This document shows positions 25,030 to 38,990 of a stretch of DNA of 64,000 bases, in pieces. Position 1 is the stretch's first letter; each line of letters starts with the position of its first letter. Location: NCBI GenBank assembly GCA_047967505.1, contig CM106538.1; one strand, given 5' to 3'. Below the pieces are notes generated by a model. The model had not been told where the DNA came from. It saw only the letters and a program-made list of their open reading frames with translations, and did not search any database. Both the position numbers and the translations under genes were made by a program. This DNA comes from Dipteris shenzhenensis. Its lineage: Eukaryota.

Positions 25030-27250
25030 AGGTTGTAATGCGGGTGCCATGTAGATGTGATATTGAAAGCGAAATCCCATCCCGTTGCTCTCTCACACTC
25101 CTGAAGCTTGAGTCCAAAGCTCCTCGCTGCTCCTCTGGATTGTGTCTGCCACCTAGGTATCCCAACCACCTGCTTGGGGGCTCTCTGGCTGCTGCCAAAT
25201 CTCTACTATGGCGTGTTGCACCGCATCCTCCTAAAGCAAATCATCTAGGACATGGACCCCCTTTATGAAAAGGGAGTGATCTAACATCGTCATCTGTGCC
25301 AAAATACTCCTGGCCCCCCCTTTGTGCAGTGCCCAATCTCCACATAGAATCCTTCAAGTCGCTCTAGTAGACCATTATGCCACTGTTGACCAAAGGAGAA
25401 GCGAAGACTACTAGAAGTCTGCAGAGCTCAACCTCCCTACATGGGTCATGACCAATTAACTGTGAGATGAACTACTCCCACTGAACTATTCCCACATGCT
25501 CCTCTAAGCCATAGGCATCGCTAAGGAGGAGGCTCCGCCTCCTCAAACTCTAGATTGTTGAAGTCACCTCCACAACAATCCAAGAGTTGATATATGGGAG
25601 GCTCTCGGTAATTGCCTCTAGAAAGAAGGGTGATGTTGTCTACAAGCAGGGGCATACACATTCAAGATCTTGATCTTGGAGTCACCCTACCCATAAATTG
25701 ATCCACACTGCACACCTTATAATAAGCTCGCCTTGGTCAAATACCTCTGGGCCAAAGCTTGGGATATTGAAATGTAAACCCCTCCACTCTTGCCCACTAT
25801 CAGAGACCACACCTCAAGGTCTCCTTGGGAGGAAACGGTGCCGTCATCTAATGTCTGATGTTAAAAACAAGTGCTCTTGTATCAAGGGAAAATCTATTGC
25901 CTGTCCCACCAGACGCTCCTGTCAAAGAATCAACTATTTGCAGTTGCTGCTTTACATGTTCTAGCTCCCCATGGTCCAACTCATTTGGGGGGGGGGGGCT
26001 ATGAACAAGGCCCTCCTATGTGTGGCCCTCCTATGTGTGGAAGTCTATGTAACAACTGTGGAATTTTGAGTTTTTGGGGGGGCTTGGAAGGTGACTAGTC
26101 CATGTTTGTGCAACGACACGCTGAAGGCATGACTTGGGTTCAAGGCCCTACCTTTAGTGCCCACTACATCAACCAAGAACGCACACCTAGTTGATTAGTG
26201 CATCGGCTTAGTGGCCAGTGTGCAGTACCTTTGAGCTGCATTTTTGTCTCTAGGTGAACCATCATCGTTGATGCAAGGCCCAAATCTCTCTTGTTGGGAG
26301 AAAATGCCAACTAGAAGTTAGTTGTGTCTCCATGCGTGATCTACAACTCCTTTCCCTACTAACCCATCCAAATACTCCATCATCTTGAACATCTAATCCT
26401 CATCATTAAATCAAAGAGAATGGGGGTCTATTGCTCCTCACCCAAGGACACAAAGTTGAAGCCCCAGAAAGGTCAGATCGGGCTTCCAACTACGATGATG
26501 GAGCCCCCTTTCCGGGGTTGCAATATCAAGACAGACGCCCTCAATGTAAGTAGGTAGTTGTCTGGGACGTCCAGATAATTCTAGGGCCCCTATTGCCCTA
26601 AACAAGGCTTTGGCCCTCTAGTCATCAGGAAAGGGGATGGCTCATATGCCTACTCAAGGGGGGCCCGTCCAGAACTCGAGAGGAAGAGGTTTGAGACTAG
26701 GATGACAAGGTTGAGCTTTGCCCCATTGGCCTCAATAGAGGCAGGCGCTCTGCGACTAGCGAAGTAGAAGCAGGGGGACGGGAGGCAGAAATGGGGCTTC
26801 GGAGGGGAGAGCCGAAGGAGAGGTTGTGACAACGGGAAAGGCGGGGGGGGAGAGGAGACAGAGGGATGGTGGAGGAATTGATAGTGAGGGTGATCTCACG
26901 CCTCATGGCGGTGGCATTTGGGGGGCAAACATGGATTCGTAGAAGAGATCGAAGGGGTGGAATATGGAGGGGCAGCGGGGAAATAGGATCCAGCGGCAGA
27001 GGTAGGGATGCGGGGTGGAATATGGAGGGACGACGGGGAAATAGGATCCAGCGGCAGAGGTAGGGATGTGGGTGGGGAGGTGGGAAGGGGTACCTCCCCT
27101 AAACCCAAACTTGGAGCGGAGTCAAGGACCGGGCAAGAACCTTAAGGCATGGTCAGGAGAACCAAGACTACCATGAGATTGAAGAAGACATCCCCCTCTA
27201 ATGTCAAGGGCTGTCCTACGGAGGCTCCCTCCGCTCCTCGTGCGACATGG
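25030..27250 (-). mobile_element. Old degenerate LINE 5' half (C-rich leader, ORF1 and endonuclease remnants)
   Basis: Minus-strand remnants ILNVYAP (~25650-25670), GDFN (~25557-25568) and an RLDRFYV-like segment (~25340-25363). C-rich tract at ~26820-27100. Confidence 0.6.
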
Positions 27251-27268
27251 GAGCTTATGAGAGGCCCA

Positions 27269-27525
27269 TGTTGAGAGTTCATGCTCAACATCATGTGATC
27301 ATGTGTGCATAGCACCATCACGTGATCATATGTGCATAGCACTAACCTTATAGAGTGCTATAAAGGAAAGGGTTAGATCCCCTAACCCTAACCCTAAAAG
27401 GGTTTGTATATATTCTATTTTTTCAACTAAATCTAGTGTACAGTTAGTCATTTGTGGTGTGCTCTCTAGCTATGCTCTCTCTCCTCATCTCCACTCTTCT
27501 CCTATCCCCTCTTCATATTTTGTCA
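27269..27525 (+). repeat. 5' LTR of copia 1
   Basis: Direct repeat of 33318-33574. Confidence 0.95.
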
Positions 27526-29479
27526 TGTTATCAGAGCATGGTTCTGCCTTCCGTTGAGGCGCCATCCTTCTTGTGAGAGTGAGAGAGATTATGAGATTGA
27601 CAGTTCTCTTGAGTGTTCTCCGCAAGAGTCACTTCCGGTGAGAGATCTTCATCCATCCATTTGAAAGAAATTTCCGTCTACACTTGCATGAGAGATTTCC
27701 GTTCATCTCTTCTTCTTAGGGAGAGAAAGTGAGTTTTCTGAGATTTTTTGTGACTTGAATCATTTTTCTGAGCGAGATATTGAGAGAGACTCTTCACAAA
27801 GTTGTCTTGCCTAAAGCTCAAGAGGCAGCCACCCTCGACTCTCCAACAAGCCGCTCTAAGTCGGCTGACAGCACCGTATGAAGGCTGAAAATCAAGCTCC
27901 AAAGAGCTCTTAGCTCTATTGCCAGCTGCCATCAACAAGCTCATACAAGCTTTCCTCAACTGGCAGTGCTCCATAACAATAGCACAAGCGAGCTCCCAGC
28001 CTCCACAAAGGCAATGCCACAGCCTTCAACGAGGGGCGCACCAACCTACGTCTCCATCCGAATGTCTAAGCCACAAGCTTCATGGTGGCTTCTCTCTGCC
28101 TGCGCTCCAGCTTCGCTCCAGCACCTGCTCTATCTCCAAGTATCTCTGCAGCTAGCCCACGCACGGGGCAACGACCAACTCCCAACAACGCCTTCACAAC
28201 CAGCCTCTTCAACGAGCAACCACCTCATCAGCCTCTGCCAAAGAGCTCGCCACTCTGGCTCCCACTACAGGCACCTCCCACCGCTCCATTGAGCCACACA
28301 ACCAATGGGTCTTCTTCATCTCAATAGCAGCTCCATAGCTCCAGCAGCATCGGCTAGCAGGTGGTAGGGTAAGCCCATCCTTGGGCTTGGCCACAAAGCT
28401 GACACATGGCAAACCTTATCTGCCATGTCACCCTTGCCAGCTCAGTAGGACACGTCATCACCGACAGCCACGTTAGTAGTCCACGTCATCAGTGCCACGT
28501 CAGTAGCCATGTCACCTCTGCTACATCAGCACTGCTACCTCAGCTATCCAGTCAGCATTGACCCTTGCCAGGCACACACAGTGCTTCACAGTAACTTCAT
28601 GTGACCACTCCTGCCACCTCAGCACAGAGCTTCACTGGCACACCTCTTGCTAAGCACAGTGCCACATCATCATAGCATGTGGCTCACAGTGACACATCAT
28701 CATTGAGCACATTTGCACTCCTTTTGCCCCTCCACCTAGATCAAGTCATATCTCTTGATCTAGGAAGAATTTGAGGGCGCTCCAAAAAGGAAAGTCGCTC
28801 GTTTTTTCGTGCTCTACGCGCTCGTCACATCACGCACACATTTTGGCGTAAGTTACACTCACATTTGAGCCTCGTCGACAAAACCACTTCCTTCACGCAC
28901 ATTTGCCTCTACATCGACGCATCTGACCCAGCACTTAAAAAGAACAAAAGAAAAGGAATTATTTACTGTTCTTTCATCGATCGACGGTTGGTCTAGATCT
29001 AGATCAGAGTAGACTAGATCACCATAGAGGGGACGCTTTGAATTTCCCCAAGTTGCCAATCTAAGCCATGCCCGAAATTCTCGACTAGTGCCTACTCGGA
29101 GTTAGTCCATACGCTCACATATGGTTTCACATCTTTACATTACCTGAAACCTTACGTTCATCACTTCAGTGAGCAGACTTCAGAGCTCAGAGGCATTGCA
29201 GATTATTTCAGTGGGCAGATAGCATTTTATTTCACACACACATGCCACCATTGTAAATCCTATTCAGCTATCTCACGGCATCGTGTACATCATTTCAGCC
29301 TTGTAAAGCCTCTTGGCTATTCTCGGCATCATTGCCACAAGCCTTGTAATACATATCAGATTTTATATATTGCAGTTCTATCTTCACCGACGGTACAGAG
29401 ATTTTACTTGGCATATTTAGTGTATTTGCAGTTGATTCATACAGAGATTTTCACGACACTTGAGTACATTTCTTGCACC

Positions 29480-32400
29480 ATGACGACTAGCAACCTCAAT
29501 CTGGAGGCATCTGCTAAGTTAGACAACTCCAATTACGGTACATGGAAATACCGAATGGAGACCATTCTTGTGCTTCAGGACAAATGGGAGTATGTCGATG
29601 GGTCTACACCTAGACCATTGGACAATCTAGCCACCAGTAGCTCTACTCCATCTATTGTCATAGCACCAGCAACGGAATCTACATCTACACAAATAGTTTT
29701 CACACCAGTAGCAGATCCTGCCATTGCTCGAGCTCAAGCAAAATGGGATAAGAAAGACAAGTATGCCTATCACCTGATCAAGCAGAATGTGCACGATGTC
29801 ATGCTAGGACAGCTCAACACAGTCAAGACATCAAAAGAAGCATGGGATATGTTCGAAGCTCTCTACGAGTCCAAGAACACATCCAGGATTCTCACCCTGA
29901 GAAACCAGATCAACCAGAGTTTCCGCAACAGCATTGAAACCGATCATGCTTATGTACTCCGCATCAAAGACTACAACAATCAACTTGCAACAGCAGGAGA
30001 GTATGAACCCCACAGAAATGGTTCAAGTAATCCTGAATGGACTAGGAGAGGGATACGAGAATCTAGTCTAGAGTAGTGCCATCCAACGGCAAATTCCAAC
30101 ACTAGAAGAACTTCAGTCAGTTCTACTTGGTGAAGAACTCAGGACTCAGGCCATTTAAGCACGTAAAGGTCATTGTAATGATCAGGCATTCACAGCTTCA
30201 GATAGAAGCAGAGGGAGAGGCAAAGGCAAAGGTAGAGGTAGATCATACAAAAAAAGTGGTCATCATCAGCAATAAAATCAAAGTCAGCATCAGCATCAGC
30301 ATCATCCTCAGCAACATCAGAATCAGCAAAGAGGAAATCATTCCAATCGAGGAAGATTCCAAGGACGAGGGAATGCATCCACCAATGTGTCAAACATTCA
30401 GTGCAACTACTGTCACAAGTTTGGACACTATGAAAGAGATTGCCGCAAGAAGCAGTATGACCAAGGCGATCAATCTAGCAGTAATCGAGGGAATTCCCGA
30501 GGCAGAGGAAATTATCGTGGTGGACATTCTAGTCACAGTCATTTTGCAAATGAACATGGAAATATGTTTCGTGCAAGCGAGGAATTGCATCAGACTCATA
30601 CAGTGTACCTAGACACTGATTTCAATCCCAAAGAGGATTACAGCTATCAAGTCGACCAAGTGGAACAGGATCCTTGGTATATCGACAGCGGTGCATCATC
30701 TCATATGACAAATCATCAGGAATGGTTCACAGAGATGAAACCATTAGAAGGACAGAAAAATGTCATCTACAGAGCAGACAATATACCGAATCTGTTCAAG
30801 GGGGGCAGGTGTTATCCCTATGAACAATTTCACTGGTACAAAAGGATTAGTCAAAGATGTGCTCTATGTTCCAAGCTCAGCAAGAACCTTTTGTCAGTAG
30901 GTCAAATGACAGAACACAACTACAAAGTCATCTTCGACGATGATGAATGCATTATCAGAGACAAATCCAAAAGATGTCAGCTAGTAGCAAAAGGTGTCAA
31001 GGAGGATGCTTATACAGAATGCTAGCTACAGTACTAGATAAGCATGCCATGTCAGCTCAAATGCAACAGATGCCACTATCTGCAAAATGGCACAAGAGAT
31101 ATGGTCATGTCAACCTCAAGTACTTGTTAGATCTCAGGAATCAGAATATGGCAATTGGGATTCCGAAGCTACAGTTTCTTGGAAAGGTTTGTGAAGCATG
31201 CTGCTTCGGTAAATAAAAGCGAACCAACTTTGTCAGAAGTACCTCTCATGCACGAGGTATTCTTGATTTGATTCATACAGATGTATGGGGTTATGCCCAG
31301 ACCCGCAGCATCAATGGTTCACTTTACTACTTGACTTTCATCGATGACTACAGCAGATATTATTGGGTCTACTTTTTGAAAGAGAAATCTGAAGTGTTTT
31401 TCAGATTTTAAGAATTCAAAGCCATGGTAGAAAACTAGACAGGCAGAAAGATCAAGGTCATGAGATCAGACAGAGGAGTTGAATACATGTCTTCAGCATT
31501 CATGAACTTTGAAGTCACGGCATTCGAAGACAATTCACATGTGCAGATACTCCTCAGCAGAATGCAAGAGCTGAAAGGAAGAATGAGACTTTAGCAGACA
31601 GTGCTAGAGCAATGCTTAGTGAAAAGCATCTTCCGAATCAGTATTGGGCAGAAGCAATAGCTACAGCAAACTACTTGCTTAATTGGCTTCCTACCGAACC
31701 GATGCAGGGTATGACTCCTTATGAAGCATTCACTGGACATAAGCCACGCATTGGGCATCTCCGAATATTTGGTTGCATAGCATATGCCCACATACATGAT
31801 GATCATCGCAAGAAATTGGACGCGAAGTCACACAAATGCATCATGGTTGGCTACAGTGAAGAAAGCAAAGCATACAAATTGTATGATCCCATTAACCGCA
31901 AAGTCATTATCTCCAGAGATGTAATCTTTGATGAGGAATCAGAATGGAAAACCTCACCTACACAGGAGATAGAAGCATCGACTTCACAGTCATCTACAGA
32001 ACAGGTTGATGAAGAAGAGAAAGAATTGCCAGTAACACCCCAATCAAAGCCACAGCAGCTCAGATGGTCTACTAGGGAAAGCAGACCTCCAACCAGATTG
32101 ACATATGCTCAGAAAGGCAAAGCAATTCAGGTGGAAACCACCAACTATGCTCTTATGACTACCATCATGGCTACAGAAGAGTCAGTGTACTTCGAAGACG
32201 CAGTAGACAAGCCAGAATGGCAAGCTGCTATGAATGAAGAAATGGATGCTTTGTATAAGAATAATACTTGGGAATTATGCGGCCTTCCACCAGGAAAGAA
32301 GGCCATAGCAAACAAATGGGTATACAAAGTGAAGTACAATCTAGATGGCAGTATTCAGAGATATAAAACTAGATTAGTTGCAAAAGGATTTGCCCAACAC

Positions 32401-33232
32401 AGATAGCACATTCATGAGTCAGTTCAAGTATGTTGACAGTCTCCTGAAGAAGTTTTATATGGCAGATTGCAAGATTGCAGCCACTCCCATGGAATAGAGT
32501 TTGAAACTTACTAAAGATTCAGAAAAGCCTACAGTCAATGACAGATACTACAGGTAGTTTATTGGATCTCTTATATATCTGACAATCACACGGCCAGATA
32601 TTTGTTATGCAGTAAGCTCACTAGCACAGTTTATGGCAAATCCAAAACAGTCTCATTGGAATGCAGCCAAAAGAGTCTTGAGATACATCAGAGGTACAAG
32701 ACAGTTTGGGATAGAATACAGAGGAAGTCATCCACGGTTGCATGGATATTTTGACAGTGACTATGCTTGAGATCATGAGACCAGGAGATCGACACAGGGA
32801 TATGCATTTTTCCTTGGTCAAGGTGCTATATCATGGTTGTCAAACAAACAGCCAATTGTTTCTTTGTCTTCGACTGAAGCAAAATATAGAGCACTCACTA
32901 CAGGTGCATGTGAGGCTATATGGCTCAGAAGACTATTATCAAAAACAGATTACTTTGATGATTCAAAGCCAACAACAATATACTGTGATAATCAATCGGC
33001 TCAAGCATTGGCCAAAAATCCAGTATATCACTTCAGGACAAAGCACATTGATGTCAGAGAGCACTTCATCAGAGAAAGAGTGTTACTTGGTGACATCACA
33101 CTACAACATTGTGATAGCAAAGAGAATGTTGCAGACATCTTTACCAAACCACTCGGTAAAGAGCTATTCGAGAAACATCGACTAGCTCTTGGTTTGATGC
33201 AGAGGAAGGACATTCCCATTAAAGGGGTGTGA
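29480..33232 (+). pseudogene. Copia gag-pol, frameshifted, with internal deletion
   Basis: Motifs [67 protein letters not shown] and SSTEAKY...[12 protein letters not shown]. Many stops. Confidence 0.93.
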
Positions 33233-33317
33233 TGGAATGTAATGCTCAGTCCTTTGATTCCTCAGAATCATCATCTTGAGGGAAGGCCTACTTCATGATG
33301 TTGATCTTGAGGGAAGG

Positions 33318-33574
33318 TGTTGAGAGTTCACGCTCAACATCATGTGATCATGTGTGCATAGCACCATCACGTGATCATATGTGCATAGCACTAACCTTAT
33401 AGAGTGCTATAAAGGAAAGGGTTAGATCCCCTAACCCTAATCGTAAAAGGGTTTGTATATATTCTATTTTTTCAACTAAATCTGGTGTACAGTTAGTCAT
33501 TTGTGGTGTGCTCTCTAGCTGTGCCCTCTCTCCTCATCTCCACTCTTCTCCTCTCCCCTCTTCATATTTTGTCA
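33318..33574 (+). repeat. 3' LTR of copia 1
   Basis: Direct repeat of 27269-27525. Confidence 0.95.
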
Positions 33575-35058
33575 GCCTACCCCTGCCTATTGACAGTGTC
33601 GTATGTGTAGTATCTACGATTCTTTGCATCATGCTTCCCCAACTTTCTTCTATCTACCTGCAAGCTGTGTCCAAGCCCCCTCGGAAGGGGCATCTAAGTT
33701 AAATGCTACTATTTGTCCAAGGGGGAACGCCTCCCATTGTTGTCCTACACGAGTTGATGACGACGGCTCTATCTATACTACGTCGGTAAGCTCTCACCAG
33801 GTGCTCCATTATCTACAATACTTTAGACCTCGAAGAGCCCTTTGATGTGGAATCTTTTGGAGCCAAGAGAATGAGGGAAGGGAGTGATTTTGAGCATTAA
33901 AAATAGAGTTGGACATAGGAAGTCAAAAACAAAGCATCAAGAGTCTATTCATGAAGTCCAAGTGAGACCCCCTAAAATCAAGATGTTTGGGAAGTGAGCG
34001 GAGAAACTCAGTATGCAGGCGTAGCCTGCTGTCTGATTAGCAACAACTGATTGAGGTGGGTAAGATTGGCAATGTACCTTTAAAAATCATTGCCACGGAC
34101 GTAGGTCACATATGCTCCTCGAAATAGAGCTGTCCAACTGATTGTAGCCCAACTTTAGCAGATAGGTGACAAAGGGCCGAGGGGATCGTTCCACTCAAAT
34201 CTAGCTTCCTTAGGGAGCTTTCCCACGCATAGCTTGGTTGGCATTTTGCCACGGCTCTTCGCATAGCCAAGCACAGCCCGGCATCCATCCCCTCAATGGT
34301 GCTATGAGGAGTTGCAAAAGCAGACGAGCACTCCAACCATTCACTCCACACTGAGATTAGAAGGATTTTTGGATGCAAGCGGATAGAAGTGACTCCATAT
34401 AGCCTTAGCACTGTTGTGCTCGGTGGAGAGCCAATTTTCCCATCTCCAACGGAGCATTGCAGGTGCTCAACCTTGGCATTGATATATCCGGGGTCATATG
34501 TAGGAATAGGTGAAGCATAAATTTTTTTTGGCATTTAATGGCAAATATGTTGTGATTGAGTATCGGGGGAACGGGTTCTTAGGCCGGGTTCACACCACCT
34601 GCCCGACCATGGATAACTAAAATGGAGAGGAAGATGGGCAGCAAGTGTGAGAGTTCACACCACCTGCTGGACATGATATAAGTAAAAATTGCCTCATAAT
34701 TGTATCAATGGTTGATTGGCTTAGTAGTGGAAAGGTTCTTTAGGAGACAGACCACTTGGTTATGAGCATTAAAAATAGTTGGACCTAGGAAGTAAAAAAC
34801 AAAGCATCAAGATTCTATTCATGAGAGACCCCCTAAAATCAAGATGTCTGAAGCTGTTTTTGGAAAGAAACATTAACATGCTAGGAGGAGGTATCTGATT
34901 CTAAACAATATTCATGTGGGAAAGGGGGAGGAAGCCTATTCTATCCTCATAAATCTGGCTAGATGTCTTGTGTTAATCACCTTGCCCCAACTTCTTGCAG
35001 AAAGTCCATCAATTAATCGACATATTTCTACCAGGAGAGTCTAAAAATCTCCATAATC

Positions 35059-36465
35059 GTGATCTGCAAAGTCCACATGTCATTTGATGCTAATAAGTTT
35101 TCCCATACCATTGACATTTTCATAGATGGTGCGAGTATCCATGGGGCTTGCAAAGATGGAGGTGCAAGTTGTAATGATTTGCCAATGGGCATCTATGATA
35201 AACTTGGCCCTCAAGGCATGCATCGTACTCTTAATAGGATCAAGGTGGCTGATAGAAGAAAGGCTCCACCGTGGGGCATGATGGAAGGTGTGCCAATGAC
35301 ATTGTGTGGAGTAACCACACCACTCGACTTCCATGTGATGCAGATTGACAAGAGTGCCAAAGATTGTCTCATGTCTTCGGGCAAGCTTTAGCTCCATGAG
35401 TGAATGTGGTCAGTCATTTGGGAATTGGCCACATGTCAATGGCATATTCCTCAAAAAGTAATCCATTCCAATTGGGAGCACAATAAGTGAAGGAAGTAGC
35501 TTTGACTTCCACCTTCGAGACAGAAGATCAATACAATAGTGATAAGACTCTACGAATGAGACTAAAGAGGGAGAGAGTGAATATGAAGACCTATATACTG
35601 TGATTTGGAAGAGTCAACCCTCTTTAAAAAATAGGAACCTGCTAACAGATAAGAAGTGTGAGAAATGCTAAACCCACAGAAAGAGACAGAGCCAAAGGAT
35701 TATATAGAGATGCTAGAAGGGTTGCCCCAAGTCCAACTCTTATGAGGACGTAAGGCATGTAAAGGATGTCAAATATAAGATTAAAAATTTACCGTCGAAT
35801 ATAAATTTAAAAATTTCCCAAGTAGTAAGCTAGCAGCACAAAAGCTAAGAAGGTTGGGACCAATTCAATGAGGAGCCTTTTTAAGTTGCTAAATGTTAGA
35901 TTTATAGTGCCTATTGACACTTTTAAATGGGTGTCACTGGTGGTACTTAGACCTAAGAAAATATGGAAAATGGTCACGAAAGGTTGAATCAGGTGACTAA
36001 AAGAGACCATTAATAGGACCTCATCCCTAACAAGATAACAAGCATCTTTTGGATGGATATGTAGGTTACCATCACTTGAGTGAGGAAGACTACCTTCACT
36101 AATCCTTTGGATACATTTGCATTCACAGTGATGCTTTTTGGGCTAACCAATGACCCTGCCACTTTCCAACAATTGATGAATAACATTTTTGCACCTTATT
36201 TGGGTGTATTCATGGAAGTGTAGCTTCACAACTTCGTCATTTACAATACTTGACCGAGTCACTTGGAAAAGGTCAGGGAAGATTTCACAAGGATAATGAA
36301 GATGGGGGCTGCCTTAATCCTTCCAAAATTCAAATAGGGACCAAGGTGGAAAGAATGACTAGCCATATTACTCCATATAATGGACCAAGAAAGGATTAAA
36401 ACAATCCAAGGTATGAAGTTTTTCACAGAAGTTTCTCAACTTTGAGAATTCCTAGGCCTAGCAAG
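35059..36465 (+). mobile_element. Degenerate Ty3/gypsy pol remnant (aspartic protease + RT)
   Basis: ACKDGGASCNDLP (protease site). RT remnant FTVMLFGLTNDPATFQQLMNNIF at ~36120-36190. Confidence 0.8.
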
Positions 36466-36815
36466 TGTTGTGATTCAGAGTATCAACGAGTGAGTGTGAT
36501 GCATGAGTGCATTGAGTGTGACATGTGTGTGTGCACGTGCGCCAAGTGGCAGTGTGTGTGTGACATGTAAGGGATGGTACAGTGATGGATTATTCTTACT
36601 TGTGTGGGGTTAGGGGCAATGGTATATGGTTGCTTTTAGTTTACTTGTGCAATGGAAATTGACCCAGTAATGTAGTTGATAGGACAAACACACACACACA
36701 CATTATCCTAAGCATGCGATTTCCTTTCTCACCATACTTTCCATACTCCCATTTTGCTTCCCACCATGGAATGGGCCTCCCATTGTAAATGGAGATAGTT
36801 GAAAATCACACCTTA

Positions 36816-37012
36816 CCTCAATAAACTCCATTTCATCACAATGCAAAACCTTGCTTCCCTTACAACCACTTGCATTTTCCCATAATGATCCTTACATTGG
36901 TCTTCATGCACTAGCCTCAATAAACTCTATTTGATCACAATGCCATACCTTACTTCCTTTACAACCACTTGCAGTTTCCCATAATGATCCTTACATTGGC
37001 CTTCATGCACTA
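36816..37012. repeat. ~99-bp tandem duplication
   Basis: cctcaataaactc...gatccttacattgg-cttcatgcacta occurs twice. Confidence 0.8.
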
Positions 37013-38149
37013 ACCTTGAGTACTTCTATTCTTGCAACCTTGTTCTTCCAACATATGAAATAGTTCTAACTCTAGAGCAATTCAAAATATTAGAAGGAAT
37101 GCCAATCGATATAACACAACATCTCAACAGTTCTATTAGATCAAATCCTTAATAATAATATATCATTACATTCTAAATAAAACTCATAAAATTATCTCAA
37201 GCACAATCAACTCCTCCATGATGCTTGATTCAATGCCATTGAATCTTTTAGTCACATGTCAATTCCAAAGAGAGATAATAAAGACATGATGCATGGTTAA
37301 GGAGAATTTTGAATATTTTTGTTTCAAAAGAATGAAAAATTTTCCCAAATGGTACCTATTTTCAAACCTCGATGCACCAAACTCTTTTGAATATGATTGT
37401 TTTTTCTCCATGCCAATAATTTTCTCAGAATGCTAGGATAACATAAATTGAGCATGAATAAGGAAATTATGAAATATTTTTTTCTTATGAAAGCATTAAT
37501 TCATTCCCAAATCTTTAAAAGGACACTTAGTTGCCTACATAGTACCAAACTAGTGTTAACACAAGTACCAAAAGGAACACCATCCAAAAGTATCAATTTA
37601 CCAATCCATTGGGAAACATTTGCATCACTTGATAAAGCCCCATCCTACTCATCTTCAATTTGCATGGGTTCATTTTTTTATTTTTTTTGGGAAAAAAAGA
37701 GAGAGATATTATATTATCTTGAGTAGCCTTATACATCATCATAGTTCAAACAAAAGTAGTGAGCTCTATCCCCAGACAGACTTATCCTCTTACAAAAAGA
37801 GTAGCAGCAACAAAAAACATCAATGTCCTCAGTAATTATTGAGTGATGCATCAGGAAAGACTGGTGTCTTCATTGAGTCCAACTCTGAGATCAACAGGGT
37901 CAGTAGCAGGAACAGAAACAGGTCAATAGCAGGAACACCCTAGGTAGGGTCAATAAACAACTCTTTCGTAGTATGTATCTGAGAGGAGAGAGCAACATCA
38001 TCAGATCTGTGGGGGAGGGGATCTGAGTGGAGGGACTAGCAGTAGCAGGGTTGGGATCAGCTGAGGTAGGTCTTCTCTGCAGAAAGTGGGGGATCTTGAT
38101 GTGTTCATCAGAGATAAAGCAGCAACGCTTGTGTTTTGCAATGTCAGCA

Positions 38150-38990
38150 TTCAACCTTGTGTGTTTCAAGTTGTAAGCACTTATCTGAATATCAAGTCTT
38201 CTTTTTCCCTGTCCCACCATGAAGCAAACAAGGCATCAGTACATAAATCTTTATGATAGAATTGAAAATTATTTATAGAGACCCATATGAACCATAGAGG
38301 ATGTGCCCTTTTTTGGAACCAAGGCTCATGCTTGGTTTTGCATGCATCTCCTAGCAAAATAGCTTTCCAATTAATTGGTTCTCCACATTCTATCTGTATG
38401 AATTTCCAAACTCTTTTGGCATGAGTACAAGCTATAAAGAGATGAAAGCTATCCTCCATAGGGCCAAGGAATCTTTTACACTTTCCATGTCCCTTCCCTA
38501 TTCTGAGTTCTCTAGTATATGTCCATACTTCTTTGTGAAAAATAAGCCAAGCAAGACAAGACATCTTCTTTGGAACCTGTTTAACCCATAATTTGTCAAA
38601 CCTGGCATACCAAGCATCTCTACCACCCTTCAAATTCCATCTAGGATTAAGGGTTCTGAAAAGGTCGTCCATATCAATAGTTGGAGTTGGTATGGAAAGG
38701 ATAGAAGAGCAACCTACCCAACTGAACTTTTTAAATTAGGATAGAACCACTCTTCTAGCTAATATCTTCCTTCCATAGCTCCAATCTACTCACAACAATA
38801 CCCTCGTTTTGATTGGAAAGAGAAAATTCCATTCAGATTTCATGTCATGTCTTCCATCTGAAAAAGTCTCTATTTCATACTTGACCCAAAGATTGCAATC
38901 CCTTCTTAAACAAAGAAGAAGCCATAATAAATTGCTCATCAGTCAGTAGAGAGTTCCTAAAAATTGTTGAAGCCCAAACTCAATCAATGG
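38150..38990 (-). mobile_element. LINE 3' region (zf-RVT) of a distinct family
   Basis: ORF 38181-38672(-): LWVKQVPKKMSCLAWLIFH...C...EDSFHLFIACTHAKRVW. Confidence 0.75.

Larger units (their letters stand above)
27269..33574 (+). mobile_element. Ty1/copia LTR retrotransposon, defective (RT core deleted)
   Basis: 257-bp TG...CA LTRs at 27269-27525 and 33318-33574 (~7 mismatches). PBS-like TGTTATCAGAGC at 27526, PPT before 33318, TSD GCCCA/GCCTA. Gag (29480-), CCHC knuckle, protease WYIDSGAS, integrase, RT start and RNase H. Confidence 0.95.
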
